DNA of 64,000 nt. It comes from a virus. Positions 1-9,151 of the stretch are shown here, piece after piece. The stretch spans positions 3,140 through 67,139 of the IMG/VR virus record IMGVR_UViG_3300022226_000005. One strand, 5' to 3'. A program made the translations under genes and the position numbers. Each line of letters opens with the position of its first letter. Positions within the stretch are counted from its first letter, which is position 1. The notes under the pieces were generated by a model. It saw nothing but the letters and a program-made list of their open reading frames with translations, did no database searches and was not told where the DNA came from.

Positions 1-2
1 AA

Positions 3-1835
3 ACGGCTCAAGAGTTTACCTGGCGACATAACGCAGGCGCGGCAACAGGCGCGGCCCTGCTGATGACGCTGAATGATAGCGGCAACCTTTCAGTAACCGG
101 CGCAGTTACAGGCTCAAACCTCAACGTCTCTAACTGGGACACAGCGTTTGGGTGGGGCGATCACGCCGGTCTATATGCAGCTGCTTCTCATACGCACCTG
201 CTTGCAGCAGGCGCAACTGATGTGACGGCTACGGCAGCGGAAGTAAATCTGCTAGACTTGGCCGCGCTAACCGTTAACGATGTGCTGGTTGCATCCAGCG
301 CTTCTACTGCTGCTTGGCGACAACTCGTCGAGGCAGACATATCTGACTTCGGCAGTTATGCAGATGCTTCTCATACGCACTTACTTGCGGCGGGGGCAAC
401 TGATGTGACGGCTACGGCAGCGGAGCTGAACTTGCTCGACCTGGCGGGCTTGACTGCAGGGTGGGTATTGTCCGCCGACACAGCTACGACTGCCAGCTGG
501 AAAGCCCCGACAGCGGGCGTATCGGCCCTTGCCGATCTGACCGATGTAGTTAGCGCCACAAACACTGACAAGTTTGCCCTTATGGCAAACGGCACGACTG
601 GGTACGTAGGCAGAGCACTAGTTGAGGCAGACATATCTGACTTCGGCAGCTATGCAGCTGCTTCCCATACGCACCTGCTCGCGGCGGGGGCAACCGATGT
701 GACAGCTACGGCGGCAGAATTGAATCTGCTAGACTTGGCCGGTTTGACCGCAGGCTGGGTGTTGTCCGCTGACACAGCCACTACTGCGAGCTGGAAAGCG
801 CCAACAGGCGGTGGCGCATCAGCTCTTGCTGATTTGACCGACGTAGTCAGCGCCACAAACACCAACAGGTTTGCCCTTATGGCAAATGGCACGACTGGGT
901 ACGTAGGCAGGGCACTAGTTGAGGCCGACATCAGTGACCTCGGCAGCTATCTCCCACTTGGCGGTGGAACGGCAACCGGCAGGATCATAATTAATAATAC
1001 GGAAGACGTTGCCGTAGGCTCGTTATCCGGGCCACTGATTATAGGCGGCGACGGCACGGCTGCCCACATTGCCATTGACAACAACGAGATCATGGCGAAA
1101 GCTACAGCATCTACTGCGGCCACGCTGAACCTCAACGTTGAAGGCGGGTTAGTTAATATTGGATCAGGCGGCCTTACGGTGGCCGGGAACACAAATGTAA
1201 CCGGCGGTAACCTTTCAATTCCCACCGCTCTCAGACTGTACTTGGATGGCGGCGGCGACACGTATTTTATTGAATCAACGAGCAACACCGTGAGGCTTTT
1301 CACCGGTGGCGTACAAAGGCTGCAGGTCAGCACTACGTTCGCGATCAATACCGCAGCCTCCGTGAACGGGGCTCTTTCAATCCCGGCAGCTAGTAGGCTA
1401 TATTTAGACGGCGGGTCTAATACGTATATCCAAGAAGTCACCGCAGATGTACTGGGCCTCTTTGCTGCTAACGCTTCTCCGTTTCAAGTTACGTCAACTA
1501 CAGCGGAGTTTACAAAAGGAGTATCTGAACAGACACAGAGCTTTAGTACTTCGGGTACGCAAACCATGAACTTGGCGAACGCTAACTATTTCTATGTCAG
1601 CGGTGCTCTTGGAACAAACTCAATTACGTTCGCTTTTTCAAACGTGCCCGCCAGTACACGAGCTTGGTCCTGTACTTTGGAGTTGATTGACGCTGATGGC
1701 GCAACAATTACTTGGCCTACCGTTACCTGGGTTGGCGGTGCAGCACCTACGCTTAGTGCAAACAGAGACTTCATTGTTTTCTTTGGCCGCACGGGCACAA
1801 CTACGATTTACGCACAGCACGTCGGGAGCACGTAA
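3..1835 (+). CDS. Tail fibre protein, 5'-truncated by window edge
   Basis: Frame is open from base 3, upstream of the ATG at 63; Ala/Gly/Thr-rich with long internal repeats; directly followed by a gp38-like adhesin. Confidence 0.8.
   Translation, partial: TAQEFTWRHNAGAATGAALLMTLNDSGNLSVTGAVTGSNLNVSNWDTAFGWGDHAGLYAAASHTHLLAAGATDVTATAAEVNLLDLAALTVNDVLVASSASTAAWRQLVEADISDFGSYADASHTHLLAAGATDVTATAAELNLLDLAGLTAGWVLSADTATTASWKAPTAGVSALADLTDVVSATNTDKFALMANGTTGYVGRALVEADISDFGSYAAASHTHLLAAGATDVTATAAELNLLDLAGLTAGWVLSADTATTASWKAPTGGGASALADLTDVVSATNTNRFALMANGTTGYVGRALVEADISDLGSYLPLGGGTATGRIIINNTEDVAVGSLSGPLIIGGDGTAAHIAIDNNEIMAKATASTAATLNLNVEGGLVNIGSGGLTVAGNTNVTGGNLSIPTALRLYLDGGGDTYFIESTSNTVRLFTGGVQRLQVSTTFAINTAASVNGALSIPAASRLYLDGGSNTYIQEVTADVLGLFAANASPFQVTSTTAEFTKGVSEQTQSFSTSGTQTMNLANANYFYVSGALGTNSITFAFSNVPASTRAWSCTLELIDADGATITWPTVTWVGGAAPTLSANRDFIVFFGRTGTTTIYAQHVGST
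174..950 (+). repeat. In-frame tandem repeats in the tail fibre (units of 183, 294 and 297 nt)
   Basis: YA(A/D)ASHTHLLAAGATDVTATAAE(V/L)NLLDLA starts at 174, 357 and 651; LVEADISD(F/L)GSY closes each unit. Confidence 0.95.
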
Positions 1836-2650
1836 TGCGCGGGCGTACGGCAGGGCGGTTGCTTGTCGCATCTGGAAAAGTTTCACGACTGACGATCAGC
1901 GGCGGTACAAGCGTTGTGCTTACCAGCGTAACCGCCTTTACCAGCTTAGACAAGACTAAAAAAATAGTCGTCACGCTGACTGGCGCGTTTGGATCAAGTG
2001 CATCAGCCACACCAGCGTTTGATTGCGGCAACCTGTCGACCTGGAAAGACGTCGACATCATTATCGACTCTGGGTGCACAATATACGCTAGGGGCGGTAA
2101 CGGCGGTAGTGCTTCAGGCGGTAGCGGCGCACAAGGTGGGATCGGCCTGCAAGTTAACTCCAGCAATAGCTCCAGCGTCCTGTCAATAATAAACAACGGC
2201 ACCATCGCTGGCGGCGGAGGCGGCGGCGGCGCAGGCAGCCAGTCATCGGCCGCTGGGTATAACGGCCTCTCTAAATCCTGTAACTTTCTCGGAAACAGCA
2301 TAGCTGGCGGCGGAGGCGGCGGAGGCGGCCGTGGGCGAAACAACTCTGCGGGTGGCTCAGGCAGCTCAAACGTTTTGACGGCTTGTAGCGCTATACAGAC
2401 TGCGGGCTCTGGTGGCGCGGGCACTACAACTGCTGCTGGCGGCGGCGGCATAAGGGGCGAAGTATTTTACAGACCCGCAACTTGCCCGCCTTGTTCCTCC
2501 AACTCTCTTTTGGGTTGGGCAGGCGCGAGCGGCGGTTCGTGGTCAACCGCTGGTACCAACGCCACTGTAGGCGGTAGTGGAGGTGGTGCTGGCACTTCTG
2601 TCGCAAATCAGGCATCATGTGCGTGGACAGACAACGGAACGCTTCTTTGA
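1835..2650 (+). CDS. Glycine-rich receptor-binding adhesin, T-even gp38-like
   Basis: IYARGGNGG, GG.GLQVN, IINNGTIAGGGGGGG motifs match gp38 glycine-rich segments; follows the tail fibre. Confidence 0.75.
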   Translation: MRGRTAGRLLVASGKVSRLTISGGTSVVLTSVTAFTSLDKTKKIVVTLTGAFGSSASATPAFDCGNLSTWKDVDIIIDSGCTIYARGGNGGSASGGSGAQGGIGLQVNSSNSSSVLSIINNGTIAGGGGGGGAGSQSSAAGYNGLSKSCNFLGNSIAGGGGGGGGRGRNNSAGGSGSSNVLTACSAIQTAGSGGAGTTTAAGGGGIRGEVFYRPATCPPCSSNSLLGWAGASGGSWSTAGTNATVGGSGGGAGTSVANQASCAWTDNGTLL

Positions 2651-3075
2651 TAGTACTACCACACGACCGCCGCCCGACAGACCCACGCATCAATGTAGTG
2701 GCGTTCTGGCCATATCCGGAAACGACGCCAGCGAACAAACAGGCTTTTGCTTTAGACTATAACGCGCTGTCCGTCGTTTACGGGGTGGGCGTACAAATGG
2801 TCGACTTCCCGAGCGAAGAGCTGTTTTTCAACTCGTCGCCCCTAATCGCGGTCGAAGAATGGACTAATAACCCGACTGCGGTTGCGCTCAAAGATTTCGA
2901 GCACCCGATAAACGCTACATATATTATCGGCAACTCTCAGTATCGCTGGCCTAGCGGGCACTACGACGTCGCGCATAAGGTTTATTTTCGAACGCCGAAT
3001 CTTGTTCCCCTTTACGGGCACCAAGCAGCGGCAATAATTTTACAAGACAGGTGTGAAAAAAATGCAGGTATATAA
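2647..3075 (+). CDS. SPOUT (SpoU/TrmH-like) methyltransferase-like protein 1
   Basis: LKDFEHPINATYIIGNS...VYFRTP...LYGHQAAAIILQDR resembles the SpoU C-terminal knot; probable TTG start overlapping the upstream TGA. Confidence 0.6.
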   Translation: MIVLPHDRRPTDPRINVVAFWPYPETTPANKQAFALDYNALSVVYGVGVQMVDFPSEELFFNSSPLIAVEEWTNNPTAVALKDFEHPINATYIIGNSQYRWPSGHYDVAHKVYFRTPNLVPLYGHQAAAIILQDRCEKNAGI

Positions 3076-3352
3076 TAACTTTCGGGTCCTTAACTACGAC
3101 AAAGACATTGGGCACATGGAAACCGCGTGGTACAACGACCAGCTTCCTTTTGCTGGGCAGACCATACTACGTACTAACCTCAGGGTACCGCCCGAGTTCG
3201 AATCCGAGCTCTGGACGCGCGACCAACTTCGTCTTTATTGGCTTTCTACCGGCGCGGTCAACGACGTCCCCGCTATCCCACAGTGGGCGATAGATGAGGC
3301 CGAGGACACATACAGCGCATACGAATTCAAAGTCCGGATACGCACCCGCTAA
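3053..3352 (+). CDS. Hypothetical protein, possible tail-fibre assembly factor
   Basis: Tightly packed ORF in the tail operon; function inferred from position only. Confidence 0.5.
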   Translation: MKKMQVYNNFRVLNYDKDIGHMETAWYNDQLPFAGQTILRTNLRVPPEFESELWTRDQLRLYWLSTGAVNDVPAIPQWAIDEAEDTYSAYEFKVRIRTR

Positions 3353-4351
3353 ATGCTCAGTGACGCAGAGGTCGACGACCTGTTCGCCGGTACCACATTC
3401 GGCATCGAGTTCGATTGCGGTGAGTTCGACCGGCACGCACCGCTACCCGAAGGCCACACGTGGTGCACGGACGAGGTCGCGTCACACTCTTCGGCTGGGG
3501 TCGGCGCTGATCCATCGCTTCGATACAACATGTTCGGCGGCGAAGTCCAAACTGCGCCAGCAAACTCGGAAGAGCAGCTTTTCCAGTTTATAGACGACAT
3601 CCTGAGGGCAACACTTCCGCACGACAAGCTTCGTTTTTCTTCCACCATACACGTGCACGTGAGGATACCTAAGCTCCTTGAGCGCCCCGATTTGTTACGC
3701 CATCTTGTGCGGTGGTCCACGGAGTGGACTCCAGAACTTTCTAGCCACTGGTTTCGCTGGGAGGATACGGATTACAGCCACCTCCCGGAAGAAGCGCGTT
3801 GGTACTACAAGTGGTCCGAGGAGTGTAACCGCCGCGTCAAGACGGAAGTGTACGACAGCGCCGCTCTTGCACGCATGGACGCAGCACCTAGCACTCCGCG
3901 CGAAATAGCATGCGCTTTGCACGACAACCCGCGCGACTGGAAAAACGAGTGGACGTTTGACCTGAACAACAAAAACCGCGTCCACAGACCGGCGATAAAC
4001 TTTGGGCATCTTGCCTTGAATGAGACAATCGAGTTCCGGTGTTTCCAAGCTACCACCGACAGAGAGTGCCTGCGCAATATCATCGCGACTCCCCTCCGCG
4101 TGCTACGCGCTGCGTTAACCGGTGACCCCGATCCTGCGCGCGTAGTGCGAGGTGTCAGGTTCCAGGACAATTTTACGTTGATATGGGGCGACGATACGGA
4201 TAGCAAAATGATCGCTGCTGGCAAAACGAGTCTATACTTTAACACGCACGACGACTATCGGAACCGCATAGCGATAATGCTTATACAGAAACAGATCACT
4301 ATCGCCGACCTTAACTACCCCAAATACTGGATCGACAAAGGCTTTGAGTAG
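3353..4351 (+). CDS. Putative amidoligase (COOH-NH2 ligase fold)
   Basis: TFGIEFD, GGEVQT, STIHVHV, AINF, TIEFRCF motif order typical of the amidoligase family. Confidence 0.75.
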   Translation: MLSDAEVDDLFAGTTFGIEFDCGEFDRHAPLPEGHTWCTDEVASHSSAGVGADPSLRYNMFGGEVQTAPANSEEQLFQFIDDILRATLPHDKLRFSSTIHVHVRIPKLLERPDLLRHLVRWSTEWTPELSSHWFRWEDTDYSHLPEEARWYYKWSEECNRRVKTEVYDSAALARMDAAPSTPREIACALHDNPRDWKNEWTFDLNNKNRVHRPAINFGHLALNETIEFRCFQATTDRECLRNIIATPLRVLRAALTGDPDPARVVRGVRFQDNFTLIWGDDTDSKMIAAGKTSLYFNTHDDYRNRIAIMLIQKQITIADLNYPKYWIDKGFE

Positions 4352-5126
4352 GTTCGACCTGTCTTATTCCCGCAAAGAGCACTGCCGGGATTTTATAGCC
4401 GCGTTTCCCGACGCGCCAACCGGAACGTTTGTAACGAATAAGAACAGTATATGGATGGTAGCCAGGATCGACGGTTTTGTCGTGGGCGTTTGCTGCGCAG
4501 AGATCAAAGGCAAAGACACGTGGGAGTACCGCTCCGCGTACATACACCCTTTGTTCCGAGAGCAGGGGATATATGAAGCGTTGTCCTCATATCGAAAAAA
4601 CTACGTGGATAATTTCCATGTGAAAATAGGGAGCGAAGTTATGCAGTACCCTGAGACATGGCGCAAAGACGGCTTGTTCCCACCGCAGGATATACCGAAC
4701 AACTCAATAGTGGGGTTCTGGCCTATACCAGAAACGACTGATATGAACTTTACTGTGATGGAACAGCATTATCGGGCGCTTGCTTGTACTTACGGCATGG
4801 ACCTGCAGATGGTTGAGAAGCCCAGCCAAATTATCATTACTGACCACAGGCCGTGGATTTCAATCGAGGAATACAGAGAGGAGAAGCCTGGGGTAAGGTA
4901 CGACCAGTTTGAATATCCTGAGGAAGCGATCTACCTCGTTGGGAACTCAGCTTGGCGACACATGAGCGACATATTCGAAATCGACCACATTATCAATGTA
5001 CCTACCCCAGGAGGGTTCGCGCACCCGTTATACGGAAACCAGGTTGCCGCTATTGTGTTTCAGCAGCGGCATCTTCAGCATCCTTTTCTTTTGCCAGAAG
5101 AAAGTTGTGGAACGTTGCCAGCTTGA
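4344..5126 (+). CDS. GNAT acetyltransferase fused to SPOUT-like domain
   Basis: N-half has GNAT motif A (YIHPLFREQGIYEAL); C-half is a clear paralogue of 2647..3075. Confidence 0.65.
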   Translation: MSRFDLSYSRKEHCRDFIAAFPDAPTGTFVTNKNSIWMVARIDGFVVGVCCAEIKGKDTWEYRSAYIHPLFREQGIYEALSSYRKNYVDNFHVKIGSEVMQYPETWRKDGLFPPQDIPNNSIVGFWPIPETTDMNFTVMEQHYRALACTYGMDLQMVEKPSQIIITDHRPWISIEEYREEKPGVRYDQFEYPEEAIYLVGNSAWRHMSDIFEIDHIINVPTPGGFAHPLYGNQVAAIVFQQRHLQHPFLLPEESCGTLPA

Positions 5127-5280
5127 TCTTTAGCTGCACAGCAACTTCTGCTTGCTCGACCTTGATATCCGCGCCGTTTATCAACATAAGGACGTTTTTG
5201 ATATCTTGTGACTTTAACTGCGCCTTGTCTGCTTCTGTAGTAGGTGGCGCACTTTCTTTCGCTTTCGTTTTTGCTACCAT
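5050..5280 (-). CDS. Small helical hypothetical protein, antisense to the late operon
   Basis: AGGA 8 nt upstream of ATG; protein-like composition; fills a gap with no plausible plus-strand gene. Confidence 0.6.
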   Translation of the reverse strand: MVAKTKAKESAPPTTEADKAQLKSQDIKNVLMLINGADIKVEQAEVAVQLKIKLATFHNFLLAKEKDAEDAAAETQ

Positions 5281-5310
5281 GAACGGTGTCCTAGGGTTAG
5301 TTCAGGACGA

Positions 5311-5784
5311 ATGATACCACGGGGAAACAGCCCCGTACACCGATTTATACACTCCTTAGAGGCAGACTACGTGAAATACGATTTCTCCCAAGACCCAGAC
5401 TACTTGGACATAGCGGCTGATATCATTGGCGTACCATATTTTGATGCTAATACCACGTACACAATCGCCATCTTTGACGACGATTGTGAGTTTCAGGCGG
5501 TAGTTTTGTACAATAACTGGGAAGAAAGGAACGTGTCTATGCACATAGCGTCGGTGTCGCCCAAGTGGGCAACGCTAGGTTCGCTTCGAACTGTTTTCGC
5601 GTACCCGTTCCAAGAGCTAGGCGTACACCGAGTGACGGCTGCTACGCGGGAGAACAACGCAAAAGCGCGCTCCATGCTTGCCCGCCTTGGGTATAAGCAA
5701 GAAGGCGAGCTTCGCCAATATTACGAGACCGGAGAAAGTGATATCATCTACGGTATGACCAGAGACGAATGCAGGTGGATTTGA
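5311..5784 (+). CDS. RimJ/RimL-type GNAT acetyltransferase (start may be GTG 5371)
   Basis: VHRVTAATRENNAKARSMLARLGYKQEG motif; position before internal virion genes is usual for podoviruses. Confidence 0.85.
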   Translation: MIPRGNSPVHRFIHSLEADYVKYDFSQDPDYLDIAADIIGVPYFDANTTYTIAIFDDDCEFQAVVLYNNWEERNVSMHIASVSPKWATLGSLRTVFAYPFQELGVHRVTAATRENNAKARSMLARLGYKQEGELRQYYETGESDIIYGMTRDECRWI

Positions 5785-6462
5785 ATGGGTAAAAAAAGCG
5801 CCAAGACACCTCAAGCGTCTTCGCAAGAAGTGGCCCTGGCCGATGTCGCGAAAAAGAAATTCGAGACGTATAAGCGCCTATACCGGCCGCTTGGCAAAGA
5901 AATGCTCAAGCGCAGCTCCGCGACAGAAGGCAAAATTAAAGAAGTCCAAGGCTTGGTCAACGCCGATGTGCAGCAGGCTAGCGCGGGCAGGGATTCTGCT
6001 ATTGCCGCCGCCGGTTTACGCGGCGGGCTGAAAGCCTCTGATAGCCGCGTGCTTATGTCCCGTGGCGCAAACCAGGAAGCTATTGCTACTGCGCGCGGCG
6101 CAGGTAGCGCGGCTGCCCGTCAAGGAGTTATGGCGGCTGACAGGGCGGGGAAAGAAGGGTACGTAGCGCTTGGCCACGGTATTGCCCGCCAAAGCATAGC
6201 GTCGCAAACTGGCCTCGCGCAAGACGCCACTAGTTCAGCCATCCAAGCAGCACAGTTGAAACTGAAGAAGGCCGACCAAATTGCCACCGGGCTTGGCAGC
6301 TTTTTTGGTGCGGCAGCGGGGATGTCAGAAGCAGGTTTGGGAGGTGGCGGCACGGCGGCTCGGCCACAGTTCGGCATGTACCAACTTGGCAACGCTGGCA
6401 GCGGTGCTGACGGCGGCGCTTACAGTTACGGCGGTTTTACCGGCGGCAGGAGCATGCGCTAA
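5785..6462 (+). CDS. Probable internal virion/ejection protein
   Basis: MGKKS start, Ala/Gly/Gln-rich helical sequence, position after the GNAT. Confidence 0.6.
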   Translation: MGKKSAKTPQASSQEVALADVAKKKFETYKRLYRPLGKEMLKRSSATEGKIKEVQGLVNADVQQASAGRDSAIAAAGLRGGLKASDSRVLMSRGANQEAIATARGAGSAAARQGVMAADRAGKEGYVALGHGIARQSIASQTGLAQDATSSAIQAAQLKLKKADQIATGLGSFFGAAAGMSEAGLGGGGTAARPQFGMYQLGNAGSGADGGAYSYGGFTGGRSMR

Positions 6463-7133
6463 TGGCTATCGGAAAAAACAACGAGCAGTATACAGGCTCT
6501 AGTAAACCCCGATACTGGGAGCTTAAGGGCGGCAACCACATGGCGAACTACCAAGCCCCTACGCCCGCCGAAAGCCCCGGCGACATACTTGCGAACATAA
6601 CAAACGAAGACTTTGCAATCTACGAGCAGGACTTCCTGCCAGTAGAAGAACAACTGATCGCCGACGCAACTGACGCGGAATCTGGCAACAAGGCGGCGGA
6701 AGCTGCTCTGGCCGACACGCTGTCTGGGTATGACCGGCAACGCGCAGTCGGGGAACGCGGTCTCGGCCGCACAGGGGTTGCTATGACTGCGGGGCAACAA
6801 GCCAAAGTCGACCAACTATCCGGGCTAGGCCGCACGCAAGCTGGCGTAGGCTCCGCCAACTTAGCACGTCGCGGGCAAAATGCCCAAAATGACGCAACCA
6901 TAACGAACCTCGTGCAAGCGGGCCAGTCCCTTCGCGGCGTAGCCCTGCAGGGGCTCGGCGCTGCGTCTTCTATGGAAACTCAGCGTAACCAAGCTGGCGA
7001 AGCGATGAAGTCGCAAGCGTTTGGCCAAACGATGTCGAATATTGGTACGGGCGCAGGCATAGGATTCGCGGCCTTCGGCCCTGTCGGCGCTGTTGCCGGT
7101 GCTGGCATCGGGCTTCTAACATCACTGTTTTAG
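6462..7133 (+). CDS. Probable internal virion/DNA transfer protein
   Basis: Ala/Gln/Gly-rich with hydrophobic glycine-zipper C-terminus (GAGIGFAAFGPVGAVAGAGIGLL). Confidence 0.65.
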   Translation: MAIGKNNEQYTGSSKPRYWELKGGNHMANYQAPTPAESPGDILANITNEDFAIYEQDFLPVEEQLIADATDAESGNKAAEAALADTLSGYDRQRAVGERGLGRTGVAMTAGQQAKVDQLSGLGRTQAGVGSANLARRGQNAQNDATITNLVQAGQSLRGVALQGLGAASSMETQRNQAGEAMKSQAFGQTMSNIGTGAGIGFAAFGPVGAVAGAGIGLLTSLF

Positions 7134-7142
7134 GAACATAGA

Positions 7143-9149
7143 ATGGCTTTCGGAGAAGGTTTTTTAGCGGGTCTACAAGTGGGGCAGCAATACCGCCACA
7201 AAGAAGAGCTGATGCGCCAGCGCAAGGAAGACCGCGATATCGAAGCTTATGGGCGCGACTTGGAAAGCCTGATGAACGACTGGCAAAACACCAAGGGCGA
7301 CCGGACTGATGAAGAGTTTGTAAACTCCGAAGAGTTCGCTTCTCTGGCGAAGCGCCACCGCAACAGCAAGGTTTTGGAGAAAGCCATCCAGACAGGTTTG
7401 CCCGAAGGCAAAGTCGCTAAGCTGCGCGATATACGCAAGAGCCCCGACGGCCGCAACGTTCTTATCGTGGACACCTACGATAAGAACGGCCGACTGATAA
7501 GCAAAGGTCGCCCCGTCACCGAGGACAGATCATCCCGTGAAGACAATCCGAACGCTAAAGTTCTTCAACTTACCAACAAAGAGATGTACCAAGGTCTCGT
7601 GGGTGCTCTCCAACAGTCGCCCGACTACGTTGACCGTAGAGGTCTCGCGGATCGCTTTGAGGCAACCGTTTCTGCGGTTGATCCAGCAGGCAAAAGCGTT
7701 ACGAAGAATGGTAAGACCGCGCCAATATCAGACGACAATACCCCGCCCCCTAAACCGGAAGCGCCGCTCGACTCAATAACGAAGCCCACTTCTACGGTTG
7801 AGGCCACGCCCGTGCCTGAAGACCCGCAAGCTCCTGCTGAGCCTCTGCCTACACCAGCCGAGCAAGTCGCCGCGCAGAAACAACAGATCGCCGAGTTAGA
7901 GGCGCAGCACAACGCACTTCGCGCTGAGCTCGATGAACTCGAAGACGTGGACAACAAACGCAGTTCGCAAATGACTCACGAGCAGTACATCGCGCATCGT
8001 CGCGAGCTCGCGATGAAGGCCGATCAGTTGGGCCAGATTCAAGGGCAGCTCGACGAGTTGACCGGCGGCTCGATGGCGCGTAGAATGGGGGCTTCGCTCA
8101 GCGAAGTGCCAGGCGACTTTGTTCGTGGTGTAGGTGAATTTGGAGAAGCAATTGCTGATATCCCCGCCGTTAAAGGCGTTTCAAAAGTTGTCGGGGACTT
8201 CCTTAGCGGCCTCAGAACTGGCGAAGGCACGCCACCGCCTAAGGGCACGAAGCAGAGCGAACGGTTTGAGTATGGCGCTGACGCCCAGGTCTTGCCCAAG
8301 CTCAAAGACAAAAAAGGACCCCTCGACCCGAGTAACCTTAAGGATCGTTCACGAGCGCAACAAAACAAGATTGAGGATGTCGCAGGGAAAACTGCCTTAG
8401 CTGTAGCGAACAACGAAAAACTTAGCCGCAAGATGCTGAACGATTATCGGAAGGCTCTGCGGGCACAAGTGGTTTACGGGGATATTACTCCCGCGCAAGC
8501 CACGGCCAGTTACTACGCGGTGCTCGCGGCCACCAAGTCAAAGGACTCGTACAAGCTGCAGCTTGATAGCAAAAACGGCGTGGCGTTCCTCCTGAATGAG
8601 GCCGACGGCAGCGTTACCCGCAGCCAATATGCCAATCCTACGAGCGACGACAAGGGTCCAGGCAGCCAAAGCTACAGCCTCAAAGACTACAAGCAACTCG
8701 TTACAATGGGTGAGATTATAACTCGTGGTGACGAGCACAGGCTGGCCGACTTCATGGCAGTCGCCGACCAAACCCGCGACGCGCTGGGTTTGTTTAACCT
8801 TGCAGAACCTGGTACGCACTCCGTACTTTCTAAAGCTTTCGGCATGTGGGAGAGCAAAGTAAATAGTGCCGCTAATTGGAACCCCTTCCTAAGCGTCGCA
8901 GGCTCCAAGAGCAAAAACCCAAGTTTGTCGCCATTCATCGCGTCCCAAGTACTGAGCGTGCCTATGGACGACCGAGGCCAAGACATGCTGGATGATTTTG
9001 CTGGTAGCCTCGCTATTATCAACGGCGGCAACAAGCTGACTGAGGAACACTGGGCAGGCGTGATCGCGATGGCCCAAGCGTACGCTAAGCAAGGCGTAAC
9101 GGGTAAAGCAGCGCTAGACGCGATAGTCCGTGAACTTTCGGGTAAATAA
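7143..9149 (+). CDS. Probable internal virion/ejection protein, 668 aa
   Basis: MAFGEGFLAGLQ start, coiled-coil and Pro-rich linker, synteny. Confidence 0.55.
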   Translation: MAFGEGFLAGLQVGQQYRHKEELMRQRKEDRDIEAYGRDLESLMNDWQNTKGDRTDEEFVNSEEFASLAKRHRNSKVLEKAIQTGLPEGKVAKLRDIRKSPDGRNVLIVDTYDKNGRLISKGRPVTEDRSSREDNPNAKVLQLTNKEMYQGLVGALQQSPDYVDRRGLADRFEATVSAVDPAGKSVTKNGKTAPISDDNTPPPKPEAPLDSITKPTSTVEATPVPEDPQAPAEPLPTPAEQVAAQKQQIAELEAQHNALRAELDELEDVDNKRSSQMTHEQYIAHRRELAMKADQLGQIQGQLDELTGGSMARRMGASLSEVPGDFVRGVGEFGEAIADIPAVKGVSKVVGDFLSGLRTGEGTPPPKGTKQSERFEYGADAQVLPKLKDKKGPLDPSNLKDRSRAQQNKIEDVAGKTALAVANNEKLSRKMLNDYRKALRAQVVYGDITPAQATASYYAVLAATKSKDSYKLQLDSKNGVAFLLNEADGSVTRSQYANPTSDDKGPGSQSYSLKDYKQLVTMGEIITRGDEHRLADFMAVADQTRDALGLFNLAEPGTHSVLSKAFGMWESKVNSAANWNPFLSVAGSKSKNPSLSPFIASQVLSVPMDDRGQDMLDDFAGSLAIINGGNKLTEEHWAGVIAMAQAYAKQGVTGKAALDAIVRELSGK

Positions 9150-9151
9150 CC

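Noticed and set aside
174-950. Template/variable repeat of a diversity-generating retroelement
   Set aside because: Differences are synonymous rather than adenine-specific, and no reverse transcriptase is present in the window
371-2451. Repeated minus-strand ORFs (MSASTSALPTY..., Pro-rich 216 aa)
   Set aside because: Mirror images of the tail-fibre repeats and Gly codons
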